Shown here piece after piece: positions 36,191 through 48,569 of a stretch of 64,000 nucleotides of DNA (the stretch's first letter is position 1; each line of letters begins with the position of its first letter). A program made the translations under genes and the position numbers. Origin of the DNA: Marsupella aquatica. Its lineage: Eukaryota; Plantae; Marchantiophyta. Under the pieces are notes generated by a model. The model did no database searches, had not been told where the DNA came from, and worked only from the letters and a program-made list of their open reading frames with translations. Where the stretch lies: the NCBI GenBank assembly GCA_973895155.1, contig OZ316893.1:1116860-1180859 (forward strand). Direction: 5' to 3'.

Positions 36191-39189
36191 TCCTTTTCAG
36201 ACACACCTACCGATGATAGGCACAAGTCATCTCAATTTCAAAGGACCTAGAGGTTGAAGTTGTTTTATGGATATCAGTCCTTGAGTCTAGGTTGTGAGTG
36301 CAAGTATCCCTCAAGCTAGTATTTTCCCTTCATTCTTCCTTTAGCCAAATCCCATGTCTAATAAAATTGATTATTTAAATCCAAAAGTCATGAGTGCCCT
36401 TCAAAAATGCATGTTGAAAACAGACAATGAGAAAGGAAAAGAAGGATTTGATTTGATAGAGTTTAGACAAAAGAGAATGAAACATACTCCAATAACAAGA
36501 GTGTGCAGTGACGTCAACAGACTGCACTAGCAACGCTGGTAGCACGGGTGACAGCAAACCACAAGCATGCCTCTTGCTTCGAGATAGTGCAGAATGTCGT
36601 CAAGGAGATACTCAAAGCTCCGGGGAACATTCTTCCCGACTGCACTAGGGTAGGGATGGCAGCAAAGCACAAAGCTTTGCCTCCTAAATATTCTTTTGCC
36701 TCGAACGAGCTCGCCTTTCCTTTCGAGTCAGTGCAGAATGTCGTCAACGATACATACAAAAGATGAGTGTAACATGTCGGGTATCAATCTAAAGAATTCG
36801 AAACTATCGAAGATCTCCAATCCGTCCGGCCTGTATCCACTGCGTTTCTGGGACACTCATATTCCTAGTTTTGGGCCGCATCAAGCAGAGAACGTGACGC
36901 CTGTGGTGATCCAGAACAATAAGATCGCGAGCTATCAAAGCCAAACAGGAGCGATCCCAAGCGCTTCGGTCTCTGGACAAATTCGTACCTTCGTGAAGTA
37001 TGGTCGTGTTAGTATCAGCCTGAGTCGAAGCTCATCAAGAATTGTATTTAGAACCGTGTCCTGATGAACTGAGAGCAAAATGAAGCGAAGAGAGAAGAAG
37101 CGTTTCGGGTTTCCTCATCGAGGGGTTCGTTTCTACCTTGGAGAGCTTCTCACCGAAGAGTTCTACAGTAGAAGGAGAGTTTCGAAGCGCAGGTTGAGCG
37201 AAGGGGGAGCCACCAACAATTATCGAACTCACTGAAAAAACTTGAGGCGAAAATAAAGGAGCGTCGAAGAGCAGGTTGCTTTGCGCATGTCTTCCACGGT
37301 CGATCTCCCTGATGTCATATTGCCGACCCCACCATCTTTGGGGTTCTACTATCCCACTCCTACAGTAGAACTTCCGCCGCCAGTCATACGTCGGTGATTC
37401 GTCTGGGAGTCTAGATTGTCTTGTAAGACTCGGGTTGAGGCATGTCAACGGTGTGGCCTAGGAGCAAACGCAATTCAGGAAGAGCGGAGATTGTCTGCTG
37501 TTTATATTTTACTGTATGGAAGGTCTCGAGATGAGCTGGCTGGATTTGGGGTTTGGGATCGTACTTTCGTCTGTGAGCTTCTCTGTCGAGAGGGTTTGGT
37601 CGTGGGCTGCACGCCGCAGCAGGCCACAGCTGGGATCACTCTAAAGGCTTCAGATCCAGACTATCTCCCACAGCCTCTAATGTGTGACACAAGCCCAGAA
37701 AAAAGCAATGGGTGAAGCACGCTTGCAAACCAAGCGACCCTCAGTGACCCTCAGTGACCTCAGTCTTGCAACCAAGTGACTCCCAGCGACCATCAGTGAC
37801 CTCTCCCTACATGACCTCACATAGTCCTATCAAGCAAGTTTTCGGTCCACCCTGGTCCCTGGTCTCTCCTTTTGAGACGCCCCGTTGCATGCTGGTACAG
37901 TGAATTGCAAGAAATATGTCGAGCAAACAAATAGTCTTATCACGCAAGTTTTCATTTATAGCAAGTGGCATACCAGTCATGATTTGATATCATCAGTATC
38001 TTCTGGATCCTTATTCATCACGGGAATTCATCTGTTCTATGTCAATGCTCACTGTGCCTTATATTTCTTCCTTTTTTATTGTCCGGTTGAGACATTAGTC
38101 AACAAGCCTCATCTGGTGTACAAGTATGATTCATCGTTTTACAGAGGGCAGAGGGGTCCCAAATCAGTCGACTTCAACGCTGGTTGGAGCGTTTACAAGG
38201 ATGTGTTCATTTGATTCTCTGGACAAGGAGGAACGGAGTTGTCTTCGTCCCTGATCACGCGTGAAGTTCATCACGAAACAACTCTCGAGGCAAAGACTGG
38301 TTACAGTCCCATCACTGGAAGATGGCAGTCAATTTGGTACGTTCATGCTGCTGACGAGAGTAAGAGAGATCGATTCGTGAGGACCACCGCTCGGACGGGT
38401 TACGTCAAAGCGAGAATGGTCACCATAAAGGTGCTCGCGCAATGACCGTCCAAGGCAGTCCTTCAAGCGAATGCTCCCTCGTCTACTGACGCATTGATGA
38501 TACTGGTCATTATCGAACAATCATTCGAGCCACAGAGGGGCCGATTCCTGTCCCACGAGGAGCCGACAATCTTCAAGACTCAGTTTGTAGTTCGATCGGA
38601 GAGCTTCCAGAACCACCGTCCGCTCCTCGGGAACCCTGTAAGTTTGTACCCATCGGAGTCTTGTTTCAAAGCAATCCAAATAACCAATGTCACTCTCACG
38701 TGCAAGGAACAGAATAGCTTTGGGAGTGGGCATTATCTGCCACACGGCGTCCTGTGTAAAGTGCAACCATTCGTGGATTCCTTGGCGAGTAAGCCTCCCT
38801 GCACTTCAACGACCAGATAGACTTGCGGGGACATTAGGGGGTCTCAAATATACGCCCGTTTCGCTGTCCCGCGGGATAGGCCAAGGTCCCGTTAAGTGGC
38901 CCGCGGGAGTGTTATACGGACATGGCACTGTTTGTATATCCCATGTTTTTCCCGTCCCGTAACAGCTGGGCTGCGGGTGGGTGAAGTGGCGGGTCAGCCG
39001 AAGTGTGCAATTCTGAAACGGCCCGCCCGTGTTGCCATTCACACAGTGAGCTCCTAAGTTTGAATCTCAAAATCAAACATCGCGCCAAGAGTGTAGGAGG
39101 GCAAGTGTGCGAAGAGTGTAGAGGGCAAGTTACTCTCTTAAGAACAAAGATTTGAATTGGACATCGTGTGGCGAGCGGGACGCAAAAAC

Positions 39190-40806
39190 ATGGAGATAGA
39201 TCGGAGTCTGCCAGATGATTCGATTCATGTTCAAGATCTGTCATCTGCAATGCGTTCCAGGTTTGCTCCAGGAGGACAGGCTTTTGTCCCTCCGCGCGTG
39301 CTGACTGCATCTTCGCCCCAACAAGACTCAACCGCACAAGCGCATCATGCAAGTTCTGCAGCAGCACCTGCACTTCTAGGAATGGCAGGGCAAGGCAGTC
39401 GTCGAGGAGTGGGTGGTAATCAGGTAGTAGGGACAAAACTGACAAGGAGAGATTATGCTTTGATCGTTGACTATTTAGAGGTTCAAGATAACTACAATGC
39501 CATTTTTGGAGCTGGTCGAAAAACGAGGCCAGGTAACCGCTATCAATCCAAGAAGTCTGTATTCACTTCCATGGCTGCAGTGCTAGCAGATTATGGGTTT
39601 CCAAAGATGGATGGGGCTAATTTGGCCAAGAGATTTGGCCGGTATCAGGACATGTACAAAAAAGCATTGATGTTTAAGACTTCTTCGGGTGGAGGTCTCA
39701 CTGAGGAGGAGGTACAATGTGGGGTCACTATGGATCAGAAGCTCGACAAGATGTGCCCTTTGTTTGATAGGATGCATGCAATTTGTGGGGAACGTGCCAA
39801 CATCCAACCTCCAGGATTGGTGAGCCATGGTTTCGCTGGTTCTGGAATTACTCAGGCCCCTGACGAGGCTGAGGAAGCAGCTGATGAGAGCGAAAACGAA
39901 GTTCCTGATCCTGAAGAGGAGCCAACTTCGCCAACCTGGCTTATGGCAGGTAAGCTTGCTCTGAATATATCTCTTTGTAGTCGGTGCACTCGGTAGTATT
40001 TCTCAATGAAGTCTACTCCATATCCCTTTGTAGCCAACTCTCAATAAAGTTCATTCCACTGTCTGGCTTATTTTGTGATTGCAGATTCTCCACCCGGTGT
40101 TGAGGATGAGTCTGTAAACCCTGGTGGTGAATCACAACCCCCTACGCCAAATGCAACGGAAGCGGAAGCTGCACCAAGTGGGACAGAAGAGGTTCGACCA
40201 ACAAATATGGGCGGCATGCCCCAACAGGTGAATGATGGCCCCAGTCGGACCCAACCCACTGTTTTTTCTGGCTCTAGGCCCGCCCACACTGGAATACCGA
40301 GTAGTCCAAATGTTCAGACTACTCAGGCTCCAACGAGAAGTCAGTCCACATCGAGGGCGAATGAGAAATCAGCGCCACCTAAAAAGAAGCCTGGCTTTGA
40401 AGGATCTGCAACTTCTAAAGGGAGCTTAGCGGCCATGTATGCAGAGCAGAAAAGAGAGAAGGCAGGCTTTAGAAAGGAGTTGATTGGGACAAAAACTTTG
40501 TGGAAAAAAGATGAATTAGACGACAGACGTAAAGCACGTGTTGATGCTGCAAAAAATGACAAACTGGAAAGGGTGCACAAATTTAGGTTAGAACAATTTA
40601 GTGCCACACAAGCTGAGAAGCGGCTTCGAATGGACCAGACTCATCAAATGCTGATGGCCCAAATGACTATGCGGGGACAGTTGATGTCAGATTTATTCAA
40701 GAGCAACAAATCGGAGGCTGAAATTAGCAGGTTGATGAAAATGGTAGAAACTACCTATAGCATGCCCACAAATTCAGGGCCACCTCTTTCTGACGAAAAT
40801 GAGTGA
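39190..40806 (+). CDS. Harbinger accessory Myb/SANT-like DNA-binding protein, 2 exons, ~493 aa
   Basis: Exons 39190-39949 and 40085-40806 (GTAAG...TTGCAG) join in frame. Helical domain ending GGGLTEEE...KLDKMCPLFDRMHAICGERAN, an acidic/Pro linker and a basic coiled-coil C-terminus. Convergent with the transposase, as is usual for Harbinger second ORFs. Confidence 0.8.
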
Positions 40807-41389
40807 CATTTTTAGGTAGTTGGATATTGATAGTACCAAGTTCATTTCAGTTGTCACTTAAAGTTTGGTCTGTGAGCACAGGTTTTATAGAGTGCGAACA
40901 TTGCCCTTCACTACTCTCAGATTCTTGAGATAATGGCCCTACTTTGGCCCGATTGAATACAAATGGAGATTTTGTAAATTTTGACTCTTGTATTAATTCG
41001 TATCTTTTGAACTTGAATGTGCATATGTGTAATTTGAGACAAAAATGAGTGACAATTCAAATAGTTTTCATTGGGCATTCACACAACTATTACAAGTCTA
41101 GGCTTGGGGGCGAATTCACAATCCTGTGTGTGTTCTCGTACCTTATCAAATTCGGACAATGTTAGGCCTGGAATTTCAGTAAGTCCAGAAACATGGTTCT
41201 TGTTAACAATTGAAGTTCAATAATAGACATTTATTCATAAAATTGTGACATGCACAATTACCAAGCGCCAAATTTCACATTTGAGTGTTCGAATGTATAT
41301 ACTACATAACCCTAAACTGCTCCTACAGTTTGTGGATATGGTTCCTCCAAATGTGCTAAATGAAAGCTAATACTGGCAATGCCAGTATA

Positions 41390-42896
41390 TCATGATCCAA
41401 ACTCCCATAGCAATCCTCCTGGCTGTCGGTTGAAAGCTAGAGCACGGGCCATAACTCCCGTTTGAAGTGTTCGCCCAGCAGCCCGAGCTTGCCTATTCCG
41501 TGCCATGTCTCCGCCCCTCATTTCTGCTGCTCTGTCTTCCTCCTCAGGGGGGCCTGGAGGCCAGTCCGTCATCTCTTCCTCTGTCCACTCGTCATTTCGT
41601 GCCAACACATAGTTATGCAACAAAGCACAAGCACGAATCCATCGACATATCCACACATTGTCCTTTTTTTCATTAAGTTGGGTTCTGATTTCTTTCAATG
41701 AGAACCAGCGTGACTTTAGCACTCCTATACAATGCTCATTCACATATCTTGTCTTGGCAATGCAAGTATTAAAATCCTCTTTATCCTTGTGCCCATATGT
41801 GTTCTTGTAGGCAGCGACCATGTGGGGTGCATTCACATACCCCGAATCTCCAAGAAGATACTGCCCTGCATCAAAGGCTGAGACTCCATGTATTTTGTCC
41901 CAAAGTATGCACCTCTTCAGGCACGTGAGGTCAGAACACGATCCAGGATTTCCTGGGGCATATACACATAATATCATCAGCCAAGGGAACATACAATACA
42001 AAGTGGCAAAAACGTCAATTGAACATAGGCAGGAACATAATTGGTTGAGTAGATGCCTCACCAGCTTGAAGGAATGTGATCTTCCTCCTATGATCGCACA
42101 CAACCTGTGCATTGATGGAGTATCGGGATTTTCTATCAAAGTAGCACTCGCCATGGTTCTTGGGTCTTTGTGTCAATGGAAGTATGGTTCCATCAATCAA
42201 TCCCACGCAGCCATGGAAGCCACGTTGAGAAAATTCATTAGAAATGAGTAGACGCTCTGTCCTATCTGGCCATTTCAAATATTCACCAAGAGCTGACTCC
42301 AGGGCTGTCACACATCTAGTACTGTAATTGACACAGGATCCCACACTTACACCCCACAGTAGCAAGGTTCGTTTCAGCCACACACCATTCCCTGTATGCC
42401 CTAACCTGTCCAAGCAAGTGGCTAGTTGGAGTGAAACAGGGGCCTGTTCATGGTGAGAATTGTTGTGAAACACTGGATGCATTTCAATTAAGTCTAGAAG
42501 AGCAAAAAAAGCTTCTTTATCCATCCTACAAATCTGTCTGAAGTCGCTCATAGGCAGGATGGTTCTGAAAAAAGTAGTTGCAAATTCTTTTGCCCGAGCA
42601 ATTTTAGAGCGTTTCTGATAGTACCTCTCACTAGATAACAGAGTGTACATGTCAAACCACTCACTTGGTCGACAATTGACATTGCATGGGTCTCTATCAA
42701 TTCCAGCCTCTGAATCAGAGGAAGAGTCCATGTCACAGTCAGTATCTATGGACATGAACCCACTGCTGTCTGAGGAAGAGCAATTAGAAGACCCACTCAT
42801 GCCATCATCATCACTAGAGCTTTCCAGCATAATACTCAAATAAAGATGCTCACGAACCCATTTAAGGCATTGCTGGCGATTTGAGACCTTTGGCAT
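41390..42896 (-). CDS. Harbinger-type DDE transposase (HARBI1/DDE_Tnp_4-like), 2 exons, ~465 aa
   Basis: Exons 42896-42062 and 41952-41390 (intron GTGAG...CCCAG) join as QAG|NPGSCSD. Motifs FRQICRMDKEAF, QLATCLDRLG, GLIDGT, YSINAQVVCD, PGSCSD, LLGDSGY, NEHCIGVLKSRW, CALLHNY; no stops. Confidence 0.93.
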
Positions 42897-43100
42897 ATTT
42901 CTCAAGGAGGCTATCACCCTGGCACTGCAAAGGAAACCACACACATTCAATTCACTCAAAATAAATAAAAGTGCCCGAGGGAATCCATATTAACATTTGC
43001 ATGACAAATCCTGTGATTGTCCAATCAACTTTGCAGCTCTGTGATAGCCCATTGACATACTACTACAGCTGTAAAATGTGGGGTTTTCCACTAAGACCCT

Positions 43101-43108
43101 AAACCCTA
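43101..43108. promoter_or_regulatory. Telo-box (AAACCCTA) upstream of the transposase ORF
   Basis: accctaaaccctac overlaps the stop codon of the OB-fold ORF, just upstream of a putative transposase 5'-UTR intron (43060-42925). Confidence 0.4.
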
Positions 43109-43765
43109 CTCCTCGTCACTTAATGCTGCTGTTCGTATAGCCTGACAAAGTTCTTCAAGCAATTTTTTGGCACTGCTTGATTTGGTAGGGGTTTTTAAAA
43201 TAGATTTTGCTGGTGTGTGGTAAGAAGAACTACTACTACTTCCACATTCAGGAGTGTTGAAGGATCGTATTGATATTGGTACTTGGACTGCAGGGGCATC
43301 CAACAATGTCAACTGCTGGACTGAAATCCCCTTCTTTCCAGTTCTGAGGAAAACCTTCGCTCTTGGGGTGCTCTCCATCAAGGCAGTCAAGAACTGAACC
43401 TGCTGCCCCTCATTGCAATTACTGAAATCTTCCGCATTGCAACCAAGGAGAGCATCAGCAACATCCCACAAATTGACATGGAGAGGGGCTGTGCCTCCAT
43501 GAATGGCATCACAAATTATGACCTTAAACCGAAATCTCAGTAAAGGAGCATCTACATGTGTGTTGTAACATGGACCGAATTCAAGGGACTTCGAACAGAT
43601 GCGACCACTCGGCAGTATGTGAGAGCATGCCTGGTACACAAACTTCCGGGGGTAAGGATTGGGAGCAACGTAGTTACATATCCACACTAGTGCTGGAGCA
43701 AACGACATGGTGTCGCCTCTGCGATAACTATCCTCGACGTCAGATAGGCAGGTCCACTCTCCCAT
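43106..43765 (-). CDS. RPA1 C-terminal-like zinc-binding OB-fold protein encoded inside the transposon, 219 aa
   Basis: YQAC...CSKSL...CYNTH...RFRFKVIICD...VNLWDVADALLGCNAEDF follows the RPA70 DBD-C pattern (YQAC..C.KKV..C..C..YR..l.v.i.D...v..F..AE.iLG.nA). Open ORF with an ATG; a probable 5'-UTR intron lies at 43772-43847. Confidence 0.75.
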   Translation of the reverse strand: MGEWTCLSDVEDSYRRGDTMSFAPALVWICNYVAPNPYPRKFVYQACSHILPSGRICSKSLEFGPCYNTHVDAPLLRFRFKVIICDAIHGGTAPLHVNLWDVADALLGCNAEDFSNCNEGQQVQFLTALMESTPRAKVFLRTGKKGISVQQLTLLDAPAVQVPISIRSFNTPECGSSSSSSYHTPAKSILKTPTKSSSAKKLLEELCQAIRTAALSDEE

Positions 43766-44974
43766 CCTCCCCTGTGAGAACGAACAACAAGATAAGCTAA
43801 GATTGTGGGGACAAACAAAAATTGCTAGAGTGAGAAGCGTAGCTCACCAAACCTCACCACACGATAAGCTTCTACCGTCGAGCTCCAAGTTCCAGGGGCA
43901 CGCGATGGCTCCAGCCTCAAATGATGGCTCTTCTCAGGCTTGGCGATCGCTAGCGCTTCAAAGTCTTCAGACCCGAATCGATCCCTCAATGCGCAAAAGC
44001 TCCAAAATGGCAGCTATGGCGTTCGTTCGATAGCAAGCAAGTGGTCGAGCTTACAGGCATTTGCGAGCAAGTGTCGAGAAAATGCTGCTTGCGAGCGAAA
44101 ATGGTATTAAAAAATTTGGGTTGCGGATGGCCTGTATGGATGTTAACGGCCATCGGGAAACGGTAAAGTCCCGCGGCACGAGTGTGCGGGCTAGCCTGGG
44201 GGAGTGCCGCACATTTTTAAGTCGCGTCCCTCCGAACCTAACGCGGACGGCCGTCACTGTGGCCGCGGCCTATATTTGAGACCCCCTATTAGACTTAGTA
44301 CAGAATGTTTCTTCAAGGCAAACGTTCCCCATAGCTTTTGAGACCTGAAAAACTATTGGGCAATAATAGGCTCAGTGACAATAAGATTTGTTCGAGGCAA
44401 CATCTCCATGGCTTGAAGACCAGACAGACTTGACAAACAACAGCCTCGTGACCAAAAATTGCAAAAGGCAACATTCTCCATGGCGGCAACTCAGAATCCG
44501 CGGGAGGTAGCACTGCTGCTCCTACTTGACACGATCTCCAGCGACTTTGATGTCGAACGCAAGAAAACTGTGAATGTGAGGTTTCGTTCGTCTACTTGCT
44601 CCGCAAGTGTGTTTTTGGTACAATAATAGGACAATCTAACACAGAATGGTAGACCTCCTTCACATCCTGTGTCTGATTGGATCCAGCATGAACCAGATTT
44701 CGTGGGCAGTCTGTCATCCTACGACGGGAGGATGACTCACTCACCGCGACACACGAAGACATTTCTTAAGCAGCATCGCACTGATTACTTGGCGTCGTAC
44801 GATATATGCTTCGGCCAAGTTACATTCCCCTCCGGCTTCTGTACTCTTCCTTGATACTGCCAAGCGGACGTCTTCTACACAGTCCAATATGTTTCCAATT
44901 TCCAACATGATTTTGACATTCCGGCCGAAATCTGTCACACCAATGATGGGCTACAACGTGTTACCTGTGTAGAG

Positions 44975-46085
44975 GCTGCACGATATCCATTGCACTGCAC
45001 TCTAAACTTCAATGCTCCGTAACGTAAGGCTCCACGATAGCTGATTTTTTGAAACCGATTCTCCGTAAGGCTCTGCAATGTCGGCGTCACTTTCAACCAG
45101 AATGATTTGACAGGAAGTCTACCACTCTAAACGTCAATGCTCCGTAAATCTCCACGATAGCCATTTCATTCAACTCTTGAAATGGATTCTCCGTAGGCTT
45201 GGCATATCTGCCATCGCTTTCAACATAATGACTAACAAGAATTTTCACCACTGACTGAGCGTCATTGCTTCGTAAGGCTCCACGATAGCCATTCCTTGTC
45301 CTCTACAAATGTACTCTCCGTGCTTGACAAGAACTTCAATTACTATCATCGGGCATTTTGAGAATAGTCGTGGTGTGCGAAGCCAACGGGCAACGCCGCC
45401 CATTTCCGAGATTAGTGGCCATCTGCAATGTCATTTTCAACATAATGACTGACAAGAGTTTTCACCATTCAACGTCAATGCTTCATAAGGCTCCACGACA
45501 GCCATTCCTTGCACTCGAGAAAAGGACTCTCCGTGACTTGACAGTAAGTTCAATTTCTATCATCTGGAAATCTGGAATGTCTAGAATTGTGGCTCTAGAG
45601 CACAGTATAGCTGTACAGTCGTGGTGAGCGAAGCCAATGCCGCCCATTTCCAAGATTAGTGGCGATCTGCAATGTCATTTGCAACATAATGACTGAAAAC
45701 AGTTTTCACCACTGAACGTCAAGGCTCCACGATAGCCATTCCTTGCACTCTCCGTCATTTGACAATAAGCTCAATTTCTATCATCTGCAATTGTGGCTCT
45801 AGAGCACAGAATGTTCGTGGTGTGCGAAACCCAATGCCGCCCATTTCCGAGATTAGTGGAGATTTGCAATGTCATTTTCAACATAATGACTGACAAGAGT
45901 TTTCACCACTGAACGTCAATGCTTCAAAAGGCTCCACGATAGCCATCGAGAAAAGGACTCTTAGCAATTGACAATAATGTCAGTTTCTATCATCTAGCGA
46001 TTCTGGAATTGTGGCCCTCGAGCACAGCGTATAGTCGTGGATGCGAAGCCAACGCCCATTTCCGAGATAGTGCAGATCTGCAATG
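44975..46085. repeat. Degenerate tandem array, ~130-220-bp units, about 7 copies
   Basis: Recurrent ggctccacgatagccatt, tttcaacataatgactgacaagagttttcacca and cgcccatttccgagattagtgg. Confidence 0.85.
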
Positions 46086-46317
46086 GGTATCGTGGAGTGC
46101 TTGCCCCTCTGGCCTCTGCTGTGCCGCGAACGAGATGCGTCGAACTTTGTCATCGTAAATCGCCCCAAAAAGAAACGCAAGCATTTATTGATGAGTGTCA
46201 GACTGTCAGTAGATGAGACTGCAGATCCAGATTCGGATCCTCTCATTATGAAACGTTTACAACCTGCTAAAAATAAAAATATCTTTAGGCCTAAGGACTT
46301 TACTATATACAACATAA

Positions 46318-46640
46318 CTTGGTTTGGACTTGCCAGGCAAATGAGTGGTCCTGACCCCGTCATCCGTCACACCCAGTCTGCCCGCCCGACCGCCCGGTTA
46401 CCCGAGGTTGGGGCCGTTGGAGTGTGGCGGGGTGATGGGGCTGGTTGGGGGGGTGGTCGGGCCAGGCGGTGGGAAGGGTTCAATTGGGAGTCTGGGGGAT
46501 CCAGGACCGGGTTGGGAGGGAAGGGCCAGGAAGGGAAGGGAAGGGAAGGGCCAGGAAGGCGAGTCCGGGGGAGCCTGGGATGAGTTCGGGACCAACCAGC
46601 GAATACAGGCAAATATGTATCATTTGGCCCCTGTTGGAGC
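46318..46640 (+). repeat. Dispersed G/C-tract repeat, copy 2
   Basis: Conserved ends as in copies 1 and 3, with a G-run-rich interior. Confidence 0.75.
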
Positions 46641-46717
46641 CGTATTGTGATGAGTTTACGTGTCGGATAACATGTAAACGTTCCCGTCGCTTCAAACTGG
46701 GCAATATAATTTGGTTT

Positions 46718-47061
46718 TGTTGAGCATAGATGACATTCGGAACGGCAAGCCCATGAACCATCCAACGCACAATAATCGACACACAGAGATACGTGGTTCA
46801 CTTCCACATGAGGCTACGTCCACGGGAACACACAAGAGCTTTACTGCACTCTAGGCCAACCGGCCATACCAAGCATCCACAGCACAAGCTCTTCTTATCT
46901 CTCAACTAGTTCCGTAACAATGAGCCTAAGTTTCACCAGGGTCTGGCATCAGCCCTAGCTATATGCACAACAGCACTACCGCTAACATTAGCTAAGTCCT
47001 AACTCGAGTTAGACTAACTGTGGTTAGCTCATGAATCACAAGACTAGAGCAATATCTAACA
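46718..47061 (-). mobile_element. Solo LTR (Copia-like), 344 bp
   Basis: TGTT...AACA termini; 5-bp flanks GGTTT/GGTTC; minus strand carries cccgtggacgtag...gtgaaccacgta, typical of plant Copia LTRs. Confidence 0.75.
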
Positions 47062-48569
47062 GGTTCATGGTTGGGCGTCTAATAAATAGGATAATGTGCA
47101 ATAATAAAAATGTGATAAACATGTTTTCACTCATTGATTTAAATAAAATAACTAGGTTTATCATGGTATGGAGGTAGTACACAAAATCACACATCAAAAT
47201 GTGGCAAATATGTTTTCACTCATTTATTTCAAGAATATAACAAGTTTTATCATGATATGGAGGGATGTGATACACCATACATGTCATATTATGATGTGCA
47301 GTTACTGGGACCCCTAATGTCCTGGTTTGAGGGCTTTATATCTCCTAATGCACTCTAAGAAGTACATTCTCCTATTCTCAAAGTCCAAGTTGCCTACAGA
47401 GAGCTTGAGTTTTGAGTGTCCCATAATGTGCTAGTAACAACATCTTAATAGACTTGAAGGCTCAATTAGTTGGAGGACCCCTTGGTTCTATAGTAACAAC
47501 ATCTTAATACACTTAAAGGCTCAATTAGTTCAATGACCCCTTGGTTATATAACCTTGATGTTATTCACCTACTTGGAGTAATAAAGAGTTGTAGATTGGA
47601 ATAGGTTTATATGTGGTAATGAGAATACAGAGATGAAATGGAGTATTCTGAATGAAGTGAATTTTCCAGTAGTTAGGACACGTTGAATTTATGGAAGCCA
47701 AAGAGGAGATAATGTATAATAACAATGACACCTCTGGGAGCACAGCTAAGGTTGGGGTTGGAACTTGAAACAAATAGATGGTACTCACCATCTATCTAAA
47801 GGCAAAGGTTGGGAACTCATAGTGATTGTTAAAACTTTGGGTTCAATAAAGAACTCTCTAACAGGGCCCGTTATGTTTTATCCGGCTCTCCCGGCCTGCA
47901 TCTCAAGCACCAGAACTAGCAAGTTCAGGTATGCGCTTGTGCTTGCACCCATGCCTGGCAAGTGCTACAGATGGTAGAGATGCATAAATATTTGTCTGAA
48001 TGGACAATTGTGCCCCATCACAAAGTCAAGGCATTTTCAGCCTGCATTTTGCAAGTTTGAGTGGCAGAACAGGTTGAGGCTTGTGTCGTGTGATTGACAC
48101 CATATGGATAGGGTCAGGCCAGACTAGACACCATCTGCCTGCCGACCCAATTGCGTTTAGGGCGAGTAATGGGAATGCTCTTACTCTGGCTCCCTGCATG
48201 AGACCGGAGAATGATGTTCCACCTGAGCCCAAAGGTCCTCCATGCGTCTGTTTGACAGCCTCGTGTACCTTCTGGAGTATGGACTCACTTGCACTGGGAT
48301 CTAAAGATTAGCCACATTGTGAACTTATTGCACCATGTTATGAAAATTATTTTTGGGAACATCATTGTTGGGAACACCATTTTCAAAAACTACTTTTGAG
48401 ACTTGGAAAGTCCAATTCACCGTTTAAACCCACAAAAATTGGAACTAGGCGAATCAGAGTGGCTTTACAAACATTCTTATCCATAGTAGTGTTATTCTCT
48501 CCTACATTAAATCTAGACCCGATAATGAATGGAAGTAGCTCAAGTTGACTTTTTCAACCATTGCTTTAG

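Larger units (their letters stand above)
38836..44287. mobile_element. Autonomous PIF/Harbinger (PHIS)-superfamily DNA transposon with three genes
   Basis: Perfect 17-bp TIR AGGGGGTCTCAAATATA (38836-38852) / TATATTTGAGACCCCCT (44271-44287); ATT duplicated at 38833-38835 and 44288-44290; contains a DDE transposase, a Myb-like ORF and an OB-fold ORF. Confidence 0.93.

Noticed and set aside
43106-43765. Helitron insertion as the source of the RPA-like ORF
   Set aside because: No Rep/helicase fragment or clear TC...CTRR hairpin termini were seen around it; not excluded as an ancient origin.
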